DNA from: Laetmonice hystrix
Lineage: Eukaryota
Direction: 5' to 3'
DNA: 64,000 bases
NCBI GenBank assembly: GCA_965235115.1
Contig: OZ249444.1
Coordinates: 15,190,001-15,254,000, forward strand
Positions 1 through 12,477 of the stretch are shown piece by piece. The notes beneath the pieces are model-generated. The model searched no databases and was not told the DNA's origin. It saw only the letters and a program-made list of their open reading frames with translations. Each line of letters starts with the position of its first letter. The first letter of the stretch is position 1. A program made the translations under genes and the position numbers.

Positions 1-32
1 AATAAATAGAATGATGTGCATTGTTTGTGTAG

Positions 33-2916
33 CAAGGCCTACGTTAACCCTCTTCAACCCCAGAATGTTGAGGAAGAGGAGATATTCAAGAAAGGGCAAG
101 GTGAGGGAAGGAGCCAAGTGCAGCTAGAGTCATTAACAGCACTTCAATACTTTGACATTTTTTTGTCATCATCTGCTAGGGTCACTTTTCTGTACCTTTT
201 TGTGGGTGTCTGCTAGCCGTTTGTGACATTCACATTAGTGGAATACAAACAGTGGCAAAGAAAATTACAAAATACTGGTACCCTTGCATAGCCGAAGTTG
301 AAGGTCATCAGAAAAGTGAGAATGTAGCTTTGAATAGTAAAGCCCAATGCCTTGGCAAGATTTCATAAGTTTTTGTCTGGCCCTTTGTACAGAAAACTGA
401 GAGCATGTTAATGTCGGTCTAGAAGTTGAACGTATTTTATTTTAAGATATTTATGCACCTGATTACAGGTAGCAAGCGGGAGAGGCAGCAGCAGATGAAG
501 GAATCACTGATGAAGACACCACCGACAGAGGCAGAGCGACTCATCATTCATGACATGTTCCTTGCAACCCTCGATGAAAGGTTAGCTCATTGCCCCAAAA
601 TAAACCACAAATTCCTCTTTCTTGGGCATTGAAAGGTTGGGCTGCCATTTTTATAAAATGACTGTTTTCTCCCGTTATTTGGTCATGGAGTATTTTCAAG
701 TAATACTTGTGAATATCACAAGTGCTTAACATGATCTGTCCACGTTTGTTACAGTTACATGTTTGCCAGCGTATAGGAACTGACTCAGTGGTGTGAAATA
801 ATTGTGATAATATGATGTAAGTGCTAGCCCATCACCTTGTTACTCCTGTAGGGCTGCGACATTCAAACACCCCATCCGACCAGAGGGATCAGTCTGGATG
901 GAGGACAGTATCCTCAAGAACATCATCATTTGCTTCCCGGAGGTTGGTGCTGCTCTTAGAATAGACAGGATTTGATTTGGGGGAACTTTCTTAAACAGAA
1001 AGAAGGCAGGACTCTTAGGCTCAAAATCTGTAGAGTTTGAGGCTGTATTTTGAAGCCAAATATGATTGGACACTAGTCAAAGCTAATTAAATTACCGGTA
1101 ATTATATGTGAGACCATTTTGTAGTAGTGTTATGACAAGAAAGCAGAAAATTTGTACCTTCACATATAACAACCACTTGGTTACAGCCAGCAGGCACATT
1201 ATAACATTACTGAGACGTGAATATAATGTGTTACAGTCAACAGGCAGATTGTAACATTGTTGAGACGTGGATATGTTACAGTCAGCTGGCACATTGTAAC
1301 TTTGTTGAGACATGGATATAATAATATATGTTACAGGCAGCAGGCACATTGTAACTTTGTTGAGACATGGATATAATTATATATGTTACAGGCGGCAGGC
1401 ACATTGTAACATTGTTGAGACATGGATATAATAATATATGTTACAGGCAGCAGGCACATTGTAACTTTGTTGAGACATGGATATAATAATATATGTTACA
1501 GGCAGCAGGCACATTGTAACATTGTTGAGACATGGATATAATTATATATGTTACAGGCAGCAGGCACATTGTAACTTTGTTGAGACATGGATATAATTAT
1601 ATATGTTACAGGCAGCAGGCACATTGTAACTTTGTTGAGACATGGATATAATTATATATGTTACAGGCAGCAGACACATTGTAACTTTGTTGAGTCATGG
1701 ATATAATTATATATGTTACAGGCGGCAGGCACATTGTAACTTTGTTGAGACATGGATATAATAATATATGTTACAGGCAGCAGACACATTGTAACTTTGT
1801 TGAGTCATGGATGTAATGATAATTGCACTGCAGTCAACCCCAAAAGCCACATGGAAGATAGACCTGAGGCTGTCTTAAAGATACTTTCTGATATGACAGT
1901 TCACAGCTTCTTACTGTGTGTTTCAGAAAAGGAACTTGTATAATAAGATCTTTGGTGGTTTCCTCATGCGGAAGGCGTTTGAGTTGGGATGGGCAAATGC
2001 TTGTGTCTACAGGTAGGTATTGCCACAGCCCTGTGCTCCACAGCCCACAACCAATTGTAATGAAAAGATATCAAGACAGAAGGCAAGAAAGCTCTGAATC
2101 ATGTTTTGTTATTTGAGGTGTTTTTCTATGTATTGATAACACAGCAATATTGTGAGACATGTTTTGTGGAGACAGCAGGTGACACCTAATATTACGACAA
2201 TGATAGGTACAACTTGTGACTGGGCCAGTAGTTATGGAAAGCCCAGTATTGTCATTTGATCTCAATTTTTTACAGTAAGATGCGACCGTTTGTACTGGCA
2301 GTTGATGACATAGTGTTTCGGAAACCTGTTTCCATTGGCTCACTCCTTTACTTGTCCTCCCAGGTAAGTCATGAACCCTGCAATATCCACCTGTCTTCAT
2401 TATGTAGGCTCACACCTGGCTCCCAGAATCCCAGCGTAAAAACTCCAAGAATCTTAATCTTAATCTTAATCCAAGAATCCTAATCTTTCCACCTTTATTG
2501 AGGGGAGCAACGGTCTTTGTGTAGAACTATGGTCTATTATTGTTTTAGGTTGTATACACGATAGGGCCCCATCTTCAGGTCAAAGTTCACGCTGAGGTCA
2601 TCAACCCAAAGACAGGCGAACATGAGACGACCAACACGTTTTACTTTACGTTCATGACGAAAAGCGATGTGCCACCCGTCATGCCAAAGTCCTACTCAGG
2701 TCAGCAAAACTTACTTTAATATCCAAACCTATGTAGACTTCCATACATACTGTCAACATTATTATCATGGTTTCTGTAAATACCTATTTCTCTTTTTAGA
2801 ACTGTTAAAAGTCAGTACATGTATAAATAAAAATCAATGTTTGTTTAATTTCAGAGTACATGATGTATGTTGACGGAAAGCGGCATTATGAAACCTCGAT
2901 TGGCAGTTATGTCTAG
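33..2916 (+). CDS. ACOT9: Acyl-CoA thioesterase 9 (hotdog fold), 3' part; exons 33-100, 469-580, 852-942, 1927-2012, 2276-2363, 2549-2699, 2855-2916; gene begins left of the window
   Basis: All introns GT-AG with consistent phases. Spliced peptide includes KAYVNPLQPQNVEEEEIFKKG, IIHDMFLATLD, VWMEDSILKNIIICFPE, RNLYNKIFGGFLMRKAFELGW, PFVLAVDDIVFRKPVSIGSLLYLSSQ and YMMYVDGKRHY, collinear with the C-terminal half of vertebrate ACOT9 as recalled. Stop TAG at 2914-2916. Confidence 0.95.
1186..1810. repeat. 55-bp minisatellite in an ACOT9 intron, about 10 regular copies plus shorter degenerate ones
   Basis: Unit GTTGAGACATGGATATAATTATATATGTTACAGGCAGCAGGCACATTGTAACTTT; CATGGATATA recurs at 1311, 1366, 1421 and onward with period 55. 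Confidence 0.95.
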
Positions 2917-4969
2917 TAATTGGGGAGGAGCTTTCTATTTTAACCAGAAAGTAATACTTGTAGGGAGTACTGTGTATTTGATAAAAGCTGCTGTAAATAC
3001 TCATGCCATCTGGAGGTGTTAAAGGACTAGACCTGACCTGTCACAGTTATGGATAGCAGTCGCTCATTGACAATACACAAAATGTATATTTTTTCATCAT
3101 GACTAAAATGCTCATGTACCTTTTTTTGCCGTTTTCTTTTTGTAATTCATGTATACTGGGCAAGTGATAAATATGGCCTTTCTGACGCAATGTTGGATTA
3201 TATGCAAAAATATCTGTAAAAACCTTGCAAGGGCTCAATCAAGAAGGACAGAGTCATCAACGGCTTTTTTGATGGAGGTGGACTGGAATTAAATGGTTTG
3301 TCTCACGAATACTATAAGGTAATATGTGACGTTTCACCAAAATTTTATCTGCATTGCGATTCTCAGCTATCATCAATAGTTCCCCTACCTTTCCACGTGA
3401 GTTTGATGGCTATAATGTATTATGTACAACATTTAAAAGTGGTCAAGTTGTCTTTCATATGCATGAAAATGACCTACTAAGTCCAACAGACATCAAAATT
3501 TACATGAAATTTAGTGCCAGATCCTGATGATACATGTAATTTGTTGTTGTTTAACTTAAAGGAGCGGTTATTGTACAAGAATATGAACTGTGTGTAAGCC
3601 GTTTTAAAGACCAATTCCCCTAGTGACGTCATCAGGGGCAATGGTAAAGAATAGGCAGGAGTGAGACTGTGATGAGGCGCGAGATTCGAATTTTCAATAT
3701 TTTTCTAAATTGAGAGGACTTCTCAGAAAACCTATCAGGGATACGGCTACAACTCAAAGTGATCTATCTAGATCAGTAAAGTTATCTATGTGATGTCAGT
3801 TGCACTTTAACTGGCCCAGAGAATTGCCGCTGTTACTATGATGTCTTTGTTCCCAGGAGTGTTAATATGCCAGATATGTGGCGTTTATCTTGTCATCTTG
3901 TCATCAATCTGGTAACCGTTCAGTGCCACAGAGTATGTCAATGGTACGAAGGCATAACTCTGAAGATTTCTGTCGATTCCTTTCGTGAGACAAGCCCTTT
4001 AATTCAAATTGGCAGGTGTCGGGATTTATATTATCTTACAATATTTAATCAGATGTATTCATCTGTTGTAAAACAGGGTATCGTGCCTCATTCTCACATC
4101 ATAAAAAATAGATTATTTATGATATATATTTATTCGTACTGTATAAGGCTAAATCATAGTGTTATGTACAAGTGAGGTTATGTTTATAAACCGGTTAGCG
4201 ACCACTATATTTACTCTACATAGCTCGTCTATGATTGAACATACATGTACAACGTCCTGATCAAAACCGGCCAGAGTTGTGATACCATCTCGAACAAAAA
4301 TAAGTTAGTTTGTAATAACCTCTGCTATTGTAGTACCAGACGAGTCAGCTGTCTGGCGGTCAGAATTGGTATACTTATATGCGGGTTATATGAATGGGGA
4401 ACAAGGCAGCCAAAGATGTTACAGTTGACCCAGTTTCACTTTAATAGCCCATACATTGTATGTCGATGTGCAGGCTCTGGGGCCTCTGACACAAACATGT
4501 TGGATTTCAGAATTCGTGAAAGTACAGAGATGCTTTCCTACCACGGAGAATTAAAGACAGAAGACAAGTATGTGTATTGTATGGAATGCGTAATGTTCTT
4601 CGGGTTGCCTTGTTCCATTTTATATTCATATATCAAAGAAAATTTGGTTGAACATCGTTTCTGATAGAATCGATAAGAAAATTGACATAACTATGAATAT
4701 ATAGTATGATCAGATTTGGAGAGGGTAATGTCACAATTTAACGGTTTGTCTCTTTATATAGACATTGCATTGATTGATCTTAGTAACATAACTAAGGGTC
4801 CACCTCACTAAGGATGTACGTAACCTTCAGAGAGGTCACAAAAAGGTTACACAATTCCAGCTACCTAAATATTGGAATCGGTGGGTGGGAGAGGGGATGA
4901 AGGGCCCAGGATATGAGTAAAATGTTTGAGGTGATAATGAGGTTCCATTCCCCTGATATTTGGAGGGGT

Positions 4970-5030
4970 GATCCGTCTGGAGTGAGGACAACATCCTCAA
5001 GAACATCTTCATCTGCTTCCCGGAGCTTGG
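4970..5030 (+). pseudogene. Relic of ACOT9 exon 852-942 (3' two-thirds plus donor), unit A
   Basis: GATCCGTCTGGAGTGAGGACAACATCCTCAAGAACATCTTCATCTGCTTCCCGGAGCTTGG aligns without gaps to ACOT9 GATCAGTCTGGATGGAGGACAGTATCCTCAAGAACATCATCATTTGCTTCCCGGAGGTTGG. Confidence 0.85.
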
Positions 5031-5374
5031 AAGGGTTCACGGGTATAGGTGGGTTTCACGGGTATTCATTTTTCGGTACAAGCTGCTTACAGGAGTTCCT
5101 TTGATTAATGAAAAGAATTGAGTCGTAAAGACCCACTGGATCGACAATACAAGGCAATAAATATATGAATGAAAATACCCTGTTGTGTTACAGCAATTTA
5201 CAAATACATGTATGTACGCATTAATAATAATGAGTGATTTCTGAGAATTCATACATTTTATTAATATGTTCCAACCGGGCGTATTCTTTTTCTTTGTAAC
5301 ACGATCTGAACTTGTGCCCAACCCATCCAATCATTGAATCCCAAACTCATTTTCTGCGGTTCTCCTCTGCCAGG

Positions 5375-6181
5375 AGGAAGCTACTAGAAACATGTATCAT
5401 CCCAATAATACCCGATGGAGCGGAGACATGGCAAACCAACAAAAAACAAATGACAAAACTAAACTCAATGTTAGACAACGTACTAAAAAGACTCCTGAGA
5501 ATACCCCAATCAACACCGAGAGAATGTATATACTAGACATAGAACACAGAATAACAAACAAAACCATGAACTACTCAATGAAACTACATGCTATAGACCC
5601 ACTGAGCATGAAAAAAATAACCCACGCGACGGACACCCACTCATGGAACCAAAAAACCATACGACTAATGAACCAAATGAACCTGGACCCAATAACTTTA
5701 CAAACAATAAATGAAAAACAAAGAAAGAAAAGAATCAAAAAAAGATATCACAGAGACTGGCCAATAAACTCGACGAAACAGGAAGAAACAAATCAAAATA
5801 CTCCTTCCTAATAACCAATAAAACAAAAAACGAAGAGAAGAGACCAAAATACCTAGACACACTAACAAGAAATGGAGTGAGAGCACTATTCATGGCAAGG
5901 GCAAGGATGATGAAAACCAAAATAAACTACAAGAATAATTTTACCGATTCCACATGTAGGGGGTGTGGCCAAGAGGAAGAAACACAACATGTCATGGACA
6001 ATGCCCTAAAAACACAGACCCAACAAATCTTCTCCATTGACCCAAAGACAATTCAAAAAACTGCAAAAAAACTAATAAAAATAAATACCCACTTAGACAG
6101 ATGGGAAACAGTGTAGCTCTCACTATAGCGATGAGCGTTCCGGAAAACCGGGAAAAACACACGAGGAAAAGAAAAGAAAAA
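5375..6181 (+). mobile_element. 5'-truncated, frameshifted non-LTR retrotransposon (LINE, RTE/RTEX-like) fragment in the 3' flank of SAT copy A
   Basis: Broken ORFs encode TCIIPIIPDGAETW...LKRLLRIPQSTP (RT thumb region) and CRGCGQEEETQHV (C-terminal zinc-knuckle-like). Ends in a small hairpin and a (GAAAA)n tail. Absent from the homologous site in units B and C. Confidence 0.8.
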
Positions 6182-6234
6182 AGGCTCCTCCAATCAGCAA
6201 ACCTTAACTCAGTCTGTGCAGTTCTCCGCTTTAC

Positions 6235-7864
6235 TTAGTCGGTTGTAGCCAGCGCTTTGAGCGCATGACCTGTGACCCTGAAATAATGCAAGTCGTCCGT
6301 CGTTGTTATATTCACTGCACCCAGTTTCTCATACAGAGATATCGCCTTTTTGTTCCAGGACAGAGCCGCGAAGTCTAACTGCATACATTCTTTCTGAAGA
6401 GCAATCTAAAAGAAAGATAAAAGTGATTCATCTTGAGTTCCTTTTATGTTGTCATTCACGCAGTGTAGTAACTCTAGCGAAAGAAGGGTTCGTAAGTTAT
6501 CTGAACCCCCCCCCCCCCCCATGAAGTCTTTTCTCCCCCTAAAAAAATCCTACTGCTTCCTATTAATTTTCCGGTGGGAAGTGTAGCAGAACGTTCTTTG
6601 GTGTGAAATGGAAGTGTTTCGCAATGAGGTTTTCACGTTCTTGAAGATCATTGGAGTACTGTACAGTTATATTAGGTCTAACTTATACACAATAGCAGTC
6701 CGCCGTTGTCTGGTGGCATTACGGAGAGAAGAAGGCGACGAAGAAGAAGGGGGAGGGGGGGGGCGTTAGCACACCAACTGTTATTTTACATATGTAAGGA
6801 CAAGTCATTAAAAAATATAGTGCCAAATGTACACATTTTCCTGGCATCATGGAACAAAATTCAAGGTTTTGTACCAGTCTTAAGGCCTATAATAGTAGGC
6901 CTATGATACATTTTTCTGGGGCTCCACATCAGGGGTGGGGGTGGGGGCTGCCTCCTGCTATAACTACGGGCTCTCTTCTGCTGCCTTTGAACTGGGGGGC
7001 AAAATATAATGCTTGCCCCCCCAGCTTTAGACCTGGGGGGGGGGGGGTGGCCCTCTTGCCCCCCACCCGGTTCTGGCTCCTATAGATGCAAGTAACTTTT
7101 TCGCCTTATCCTACCTGGGCGATGTGGCGCCATATTGCCGTTCCAATGCCACGTGACCGGAAGTGGGGTTTGACGTAGAGGTCCTCCATGTATAATGACC
7201 GTCCCTGGTAGCTGTTGTAACTGAAGAAGTACAACCCGTAGGCCACCAGCTCTGGTCCTCCTGGACCCTGGACCTCGGCCACCAGGCACTCAAAGTATGG
7301 GGTCTTGCCAAAACCGTCCTCCTTCAGTACTGAAACAATGACGTGTGAACATATTTTGTGATACTGATCATCATTTAGGCTACTTCACTTTACATGGGCG
7401 CAGAAAACTAGAAAGGATAATTGTCATGAGCTACCATACCTGATTCAGTAATTGTCACTCTGTCTGACATATTTTCGAATGCAGCCAATTCCTGGAAGTT
7501 TAAAGCAAAATGCTACATAACCCAAGTAATACAGAATCAGGCAATAAGAAAACTAGTTTTATTGTAGCTGCAGTATATTTTAGTTGCACAGGGAGGAGTG
7601 CCACAAGCAGAGAATATGCTTTAGTTCTGTAGTTCTTGAAAACTAAAAGGAAAATAATCTTGTTGCCTAATCGTAGCAGACAACTTCAGGGTTTGAGGCC
7701 AAACGCGAGTAGGTCTATATCGACCTACATGTTGGAGGGGCTGTGCCCGTGGACGTGTAACTAAATGGAACGCTACACTAACATGAAAAAGTGGCTACCT
7801 TGATAAGACCAGCAATGCCGCCACAGTCTTCCCGTTGTGCAGGCCGGATGATGTATTCTGTCAT
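6235..7864 (-). CDS. SAT1/SAT2: Diamine/thialysine N-acetyltransferase (GNAT), copy A, 167 aa; exons 7864-7799, 7491-7440, 7329-7115, 6405-6235
   Basis: MTEYIIRPAQREDCGGIAGLIK/ELAAFENMSDRVTITES/VLKEDGFGKTPYFECLVAEV...YMEDLYVKPHFRSRGIG.../...SWNKKAISLYEKLGA. Acetyl-CoA motif RSRGIG and the catalytic Tyr are present. The 66, 52 and 171-nt exons match vertebrate SAT exon sizes. Confidence 0.93.
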
Positions 7865-8594
7865 TCTGTCTGTGCTGATCGGACCTAAGTGATGGAGTGC
7901 CAAAGGCGCAAAGTCTGGTGCTCTAGATTAGAGGCCCAGCCGACAACTATACTATGGCAAGTCACAAGTGCATTTAAGTTAAAGTTCAGGGCTATGCCTT
8001 TGGAGAAGCAGCCGTCATGAATATGTTAATGTGAACGGAGACCCATATAGTCACTTGCCAGCGGTTGAGAATGAGCGGGCAGGGGGTTAAACTGAAATAT
8101 CTTGGGGCGAGAGACGTTGGGGGGGGGGGGGGGGGAGGGGGGCGATGAAATAGACAAATAGGCCAGCTTTGTGACAGTCCCCTACAGTAAGAGGAAAAAG
8201 ATATTCAAAGAAGATTGTTAGAGCACAAAGGCAGGAATGGGTAATGTTCTTCGGGTTGCCTTGTTCCATTCTATATTCATATATCAAAGAAAATTTGGTT
8301 TAACATCATTTCTAATAGAATCGATAATAATATTCACATAACTATGATTAGATTTGGAGAGGGTAATGTCACAATATAACGGTTTGTCTCTTTATATAGA
8401 CATTGCATTGATTGGTCCTTACATAACTAAGGGTCCACCTCATTATAGGATGTACGTAACGTTCAGAGAAGTCACAAAAAGGTTACACAATTCCAGCTAC
8501 CTAAATATTGGAATCGGTGGGTGGGAGAGGGGATGAAGGGCCCAGGATGTTTGAGGTGATAATGAGGTTCCATTCCCCTGATATTTGGAGGGGT

Positions 8595-8655
8595 GATCCG
8601 TCTGGAGTGAGGACAACATCCTCAAGGACATCTTCATCTGCTTCCCGGAGTTTTG
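8595..8655 (+). pseudogene. Relic of ACOT9 exon 852-942, unit B
   Basis: Same ungapped similarity to the ACOT9 exon as at 4970. Confidence 0.85.
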
Positions 8656-8704
8656 AAGGGTCCAGGTGTATAGGTGGGTTTAACGGGTATTCATTTTTCG
8701 TTAC

Positions 8705-9102
8705 TATCCTGGTCCCCTGTGCCTACCATACGCATCCGCCATAATGTTAGGCCAGGTGCTGGCTGACCAAAAGCCGCGAAACGGAAGTGATAAAACTCCA
8801 AGCACTTCCGCTTCCGTTCCGTTGGTCAACGTTAACAGAGTGACCGACTTTTGCTTGGAGTGTAGCCGGGAGTGGCCAACATGCCCATGTGTACATGCAG
8901 ACCGTAGCAGGTGTGGGGACCGATGACGCTATGTTTACATCCAGAAAAGCGAGGACATTTAACATCTTGTTGGAGAAATACGGAGGGTACTGAACTACCT
9001 CGTTTGCGTCCATGTTTTCGATGGGCCAATCACAATGCTCGCTTTGATTAGCCTTCACCAGGCTCTATATACGTAGTCAATATAGACCTGGGGACCAGGC
9101 TA
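8705..9102. mobile_element. 398-bp MITE with TA(G/T)CCTGGTCCCC termini, AcademH-like by terminus and TSD length (tentative)
   Basis: Left TATCCTGGTCCCCTG, right CCTGGGGACCAGGCTA; flanked by TTTCGTTAC / TTTCCGTTAC; absent from units A and C. Confidence 0.75.
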
Positions 9103-9383
9103 TTTCCGTTACAAGCTGCTTACAGGAGTTCCTTTGATGAATGAAAAGAATTGAGTCGTAAAGACGCACTGGACAGACAACACAAGCCAATAATAATAAT
9201 GAGTGATTTCTGATAATTTATACATTTTCTTAATATGTTCCAACCGGGCGTATTCTTTTTGTTTGTAACACAATCTGAACTTGTGCCCAACCCATCCAAT
9301 CATTGAATCCCAAACTCATTTTCTGCGGTTCTCCTCTGCCAGGTTTCTCCAATCAGCAAACACTAACTCAGTCAGTGCTTTAC

Positions 9384-10642
9384 TTAGTCGGTTGTAGCCA
9401 GCGCTTTGAGCGCATGACCTGTGACCCTGAAATGATGCCAGTCATCCGTCGTCGTTATATTCACTGCACCCAGTTTCTCATACAGAGATATCGCCTTTTT
9501 GTTCCAGGACAGAGCCTCGAAGTCTAACCGCTTACATTCTTTCTGAACAGCAATCTGAAAGAAAGATAAAAGTTATTCATCTTGAGTTTCATTTATGTTG
9601 TCATTCACGCAGTGTAGTAACTCAAGCGAAAGAAGGGTTCGTTTGGTGTCACCAAGCAAGTTATCTGAACTCCCCTCCCATGAAGTCTTTTCTCCCCCTG
9701 AAAAATCCTACTGCTCCATATTAATTTTCTGGTGGGAAGTGTAGTAGAACGTTGTAACGGTTCTTTGGTGTTCATATGTAAGGACAAGTAACTTTTTTGC
9801 CTTATCCTACCTGGGCGATGTGGCGCCACATTGCCGTTCCAATGCCACGTGACCGGAAGTGGGGTTTGACGTAGAGGTCCTCCATGTATAGTGACCGTCC
9901 CTGGAAGCTGCTGTAAGTGAAGAAGTACAACCCGTAGGCCACCAGCTCTGGTCCTCCTGGACCCTGGACCTCGGCCACCAGGCACTCAAAGTATGGGGTC
10001 TTGCCAAAACCGTCCTTCTTCAGTCCTGAAACAGAATATGACGTGCGAACATATTTTATGATACTGATCATCATTGTGGGGCGCTGTCATCTTATACTTG
10101 ACTTTACATGGGTGCAGAAAACTAAAAGGGATAATGAGCTACCATACCTGATTCAGTAATTGTCACTCTGTCTGACATATCTTCGAATTCAGCCAATTCC
10201 TGGAATTTTAAAGCAAAATGCTGCATACTAAGTTACCCAACTAATGCAGAATCAGGGAATAAGAAAACTAGTTTTATTGTCGCTGCAATCATATTTTATT
10301 TGCACAGGGAGGAGTGCCACAAGCAGAGAATATTCAGTAGTTCTGTAGGCCTAGTTGTTGAAAACTAAAAGGAAAACAACGTCAGCCCATCCATGGCTGT
10401 CCCCCCCCCCGATTGATTTTTTAGATGTTTGGTTTTGTTACCCAACGGCGCGCCATATCTCAAAGCTCTTGGGTGCCTTCATGGTTGGAGGCCAAACGCG
10501 AGTAGGTCTATATCGACCTACTTGTTGGAGGGGCTGTACTAAATGGAACGCTGCACTAACATGAAAAAGTGGTTACCTTGATAAGACCAGCAATGCCACC
10601 ACAGTCTTCCCGTTGTGCAGGCCGGATGATGTATTCTGCCAT
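9384..10642 (-). CDS. SAT1/SAT2: Diamine/thialysine N-acetyltransferase, copy B, 167 aa; exons 10642-10577, 10199-10148, 10025-9811, 9554-9384
   Basis: MAEYIIRPAQREDCGGIAGLIKELAEFEDMSDRVTITESGLKKDGFGKTPYFECLVAEV...FTYSSFQGRSLYMEDLYVKPHFRSRGIG...LDFEALSWNKKAISLYEKLGA...DDWHHFRV; canonical splice sites, no stops. Confidence 0.95.
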
Positions 10643-11349
10643 GGTGACTTCTGTCTGTGCTGATCGGACCTAAGTGATGGAGTGCCAAAGGCGCAAAGTC
10701 TGGTGCTCTAGATTAGAGGCTCAGCAGACAACCATACTATGGCAAGTCACAAGTGCATTTAAGTTAAAGTTCAGGCCTATGCCTTTGGGAAAGCAGCCGT
10801 CATGAATATGTTAATGTGAACGAGGACCCATATAGTCACTTGCCAGTGGTTGAGAATGAACCGACAGGGGGTTAAACTGAAATATCCTTGTGACAGCTCC
10901 CCTCCAGTAAGAGGAAAAAGATATGCAAAGAAGAATGTTTGAGCACAGAAGACAAGTAGGCTATGTGTATTGTATGGAATGCGTAATGTTCTTCGGGTTG
11001 CCTTGTTTCATTTTATATTCATATATCAAAGAAAATTTGGTTGAACATCGTTTCTAATAGAATCGATAAGAAAATTGACATAACTATGATCAGATTTGGA
11101 GAGGGTAATGTCACAATATAACGGTTTGTCTCTTTATATAGACATTGCATTGATTGATCTTAGTAACATAACTAAGGGTCCACCTCACTAAGGATGTACG
11201 TAACCTTCAGAGAGGTCACAAAAATGTTACACAATTCCAGCTCCCGAAATATTGGAATCGGTGAGTGGGAGAGGGGATGAAGGGCCCAGGATATGAGTAA
11301 AATGTTTGAAGTGATAATGAGGTTCCATTCCCCTGATATTTGGAGGGGT

Positions 11350-11410
11350 GATCCGTCTGGAGTGAGGACAGGATCCTCAAGAACATCTTCATCTGCTTCC
11401 CGGAGGTTGG
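11350..11410 (+). pseudogene. Relic of ACOT9 exon 852-942, unit C
   Basis: 6 mismatches in 61 nt to the ACOT9 exon, including the retained GAG|GTTGG donor. Confidence 0.88.
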
Positions 11411-11803
11411 AAGGGTTCACGGGTATAGGTGGGTTTCACGGGTATTCATTTTTCGGTACAAGCTGCTTACAGGAGTTCCTTTGATGAATGAAAAGAATAG
11501 AGTCGTAAAGACCCACTGGATAGACAACACAAGCCAATAAATATATGAATGAAAATACCCTGTTGTGTTACAGCAATTTACAAATACATGTATGTACGCA
11601 TTAATAATAATGAGTGATTTCTGAGAATTCATACATTTTCTTAATATGTTCCAACCGGACGTATTCTTTTTCTTTGTAACACCATCTGAACTTGTGCCCA
11701 ACCCATCCAATCATTGAATCCCAAACTCATTTTCTGCGGTTCTGTTCTGCAAGGCTCCTCCAATCAGCAAACCCTAACTCAGTCTGTGCAGTTCTCCGCT
11801 TAA

Positions 11804-12428
11804 CCCTTGTAAGGGCACGTCCAGGGAGTTGCTTTGTAGGTCACAAGGTTTTTTTTGACCCCACATTTTAGGTTATCAAAACTTGCAAAATTTAAACAGA
11901 CAAGTGATTTAAAACACATTTTTTTTATTTGAACTAAACATTCTAAAGGCTTACCTGTACTAAAAACCCCTAATCAAAAATCATCTTAACACTTTTCGAA
12001 CTTTGACAAAATCTGGATGGACAGTAGAAACTGGGATCCAAAAATACCCCACGTGCCCTTACAAGCACCTATACCAGAAGAAGCTTCATCAAATGCTTCA
12101 TAGTTACACGCATTTACTGAATACTGTTATACATGGAAGATGAGGATGGCATTTAACCGTCTTGAGTAAGAGACATTTAGTGGAAAAGGGCGTTTTCAAA
12201 GCTTGGGGTCCAAAAAGACCCCTGGTACCCAGCAACAGCTTTTTCATGAAACTAAGAAGCATGCCAGCCGACTCTGTCGACATGACAATAAAATCTTTAA
12301 ATGAATATGTTAAAAATCAACTAGGAAACGATATCATAGAAGCGCAGAATTCAGATTCCAGTGTTAATGAAAATATTTTCAAAAATACCCGCTTGGGGTC
12401 CAAAAATACCCCACGTGCCTTACAAGGG
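11804..12428. mobile_element. 625-bp piggyBac-like non-autonomous element
   Basis: TTAA at 11800-11803 and 12429-12432; termini CCCTTGTAAGGGCACGT / ACGTGCCTTACAAGGG; internal copy of the right end at about 12035-12066; absent from units A and B. Confidence 0.85.
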
Positions 12429-12477
12429 TTAACTTAGTCGGTTGTAGCCAGCGCTCTGAGCGCATCACCTGTGACCC

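Noticed and set aside
3556-3810. Possible TTAA-flanked element after ACOT9
   Set aside because: The two ends do not form a convincing inverted repeat.
4913-11710. Recurrent ORFs MSKMFEVIMRFHSPDIW... and MDGLGTSS... seen two or three times
   Set aside because: They recur only because the segment is triplicated; lengths and stops differ between copies, and part is the out-of-frame ACOT9 relic.
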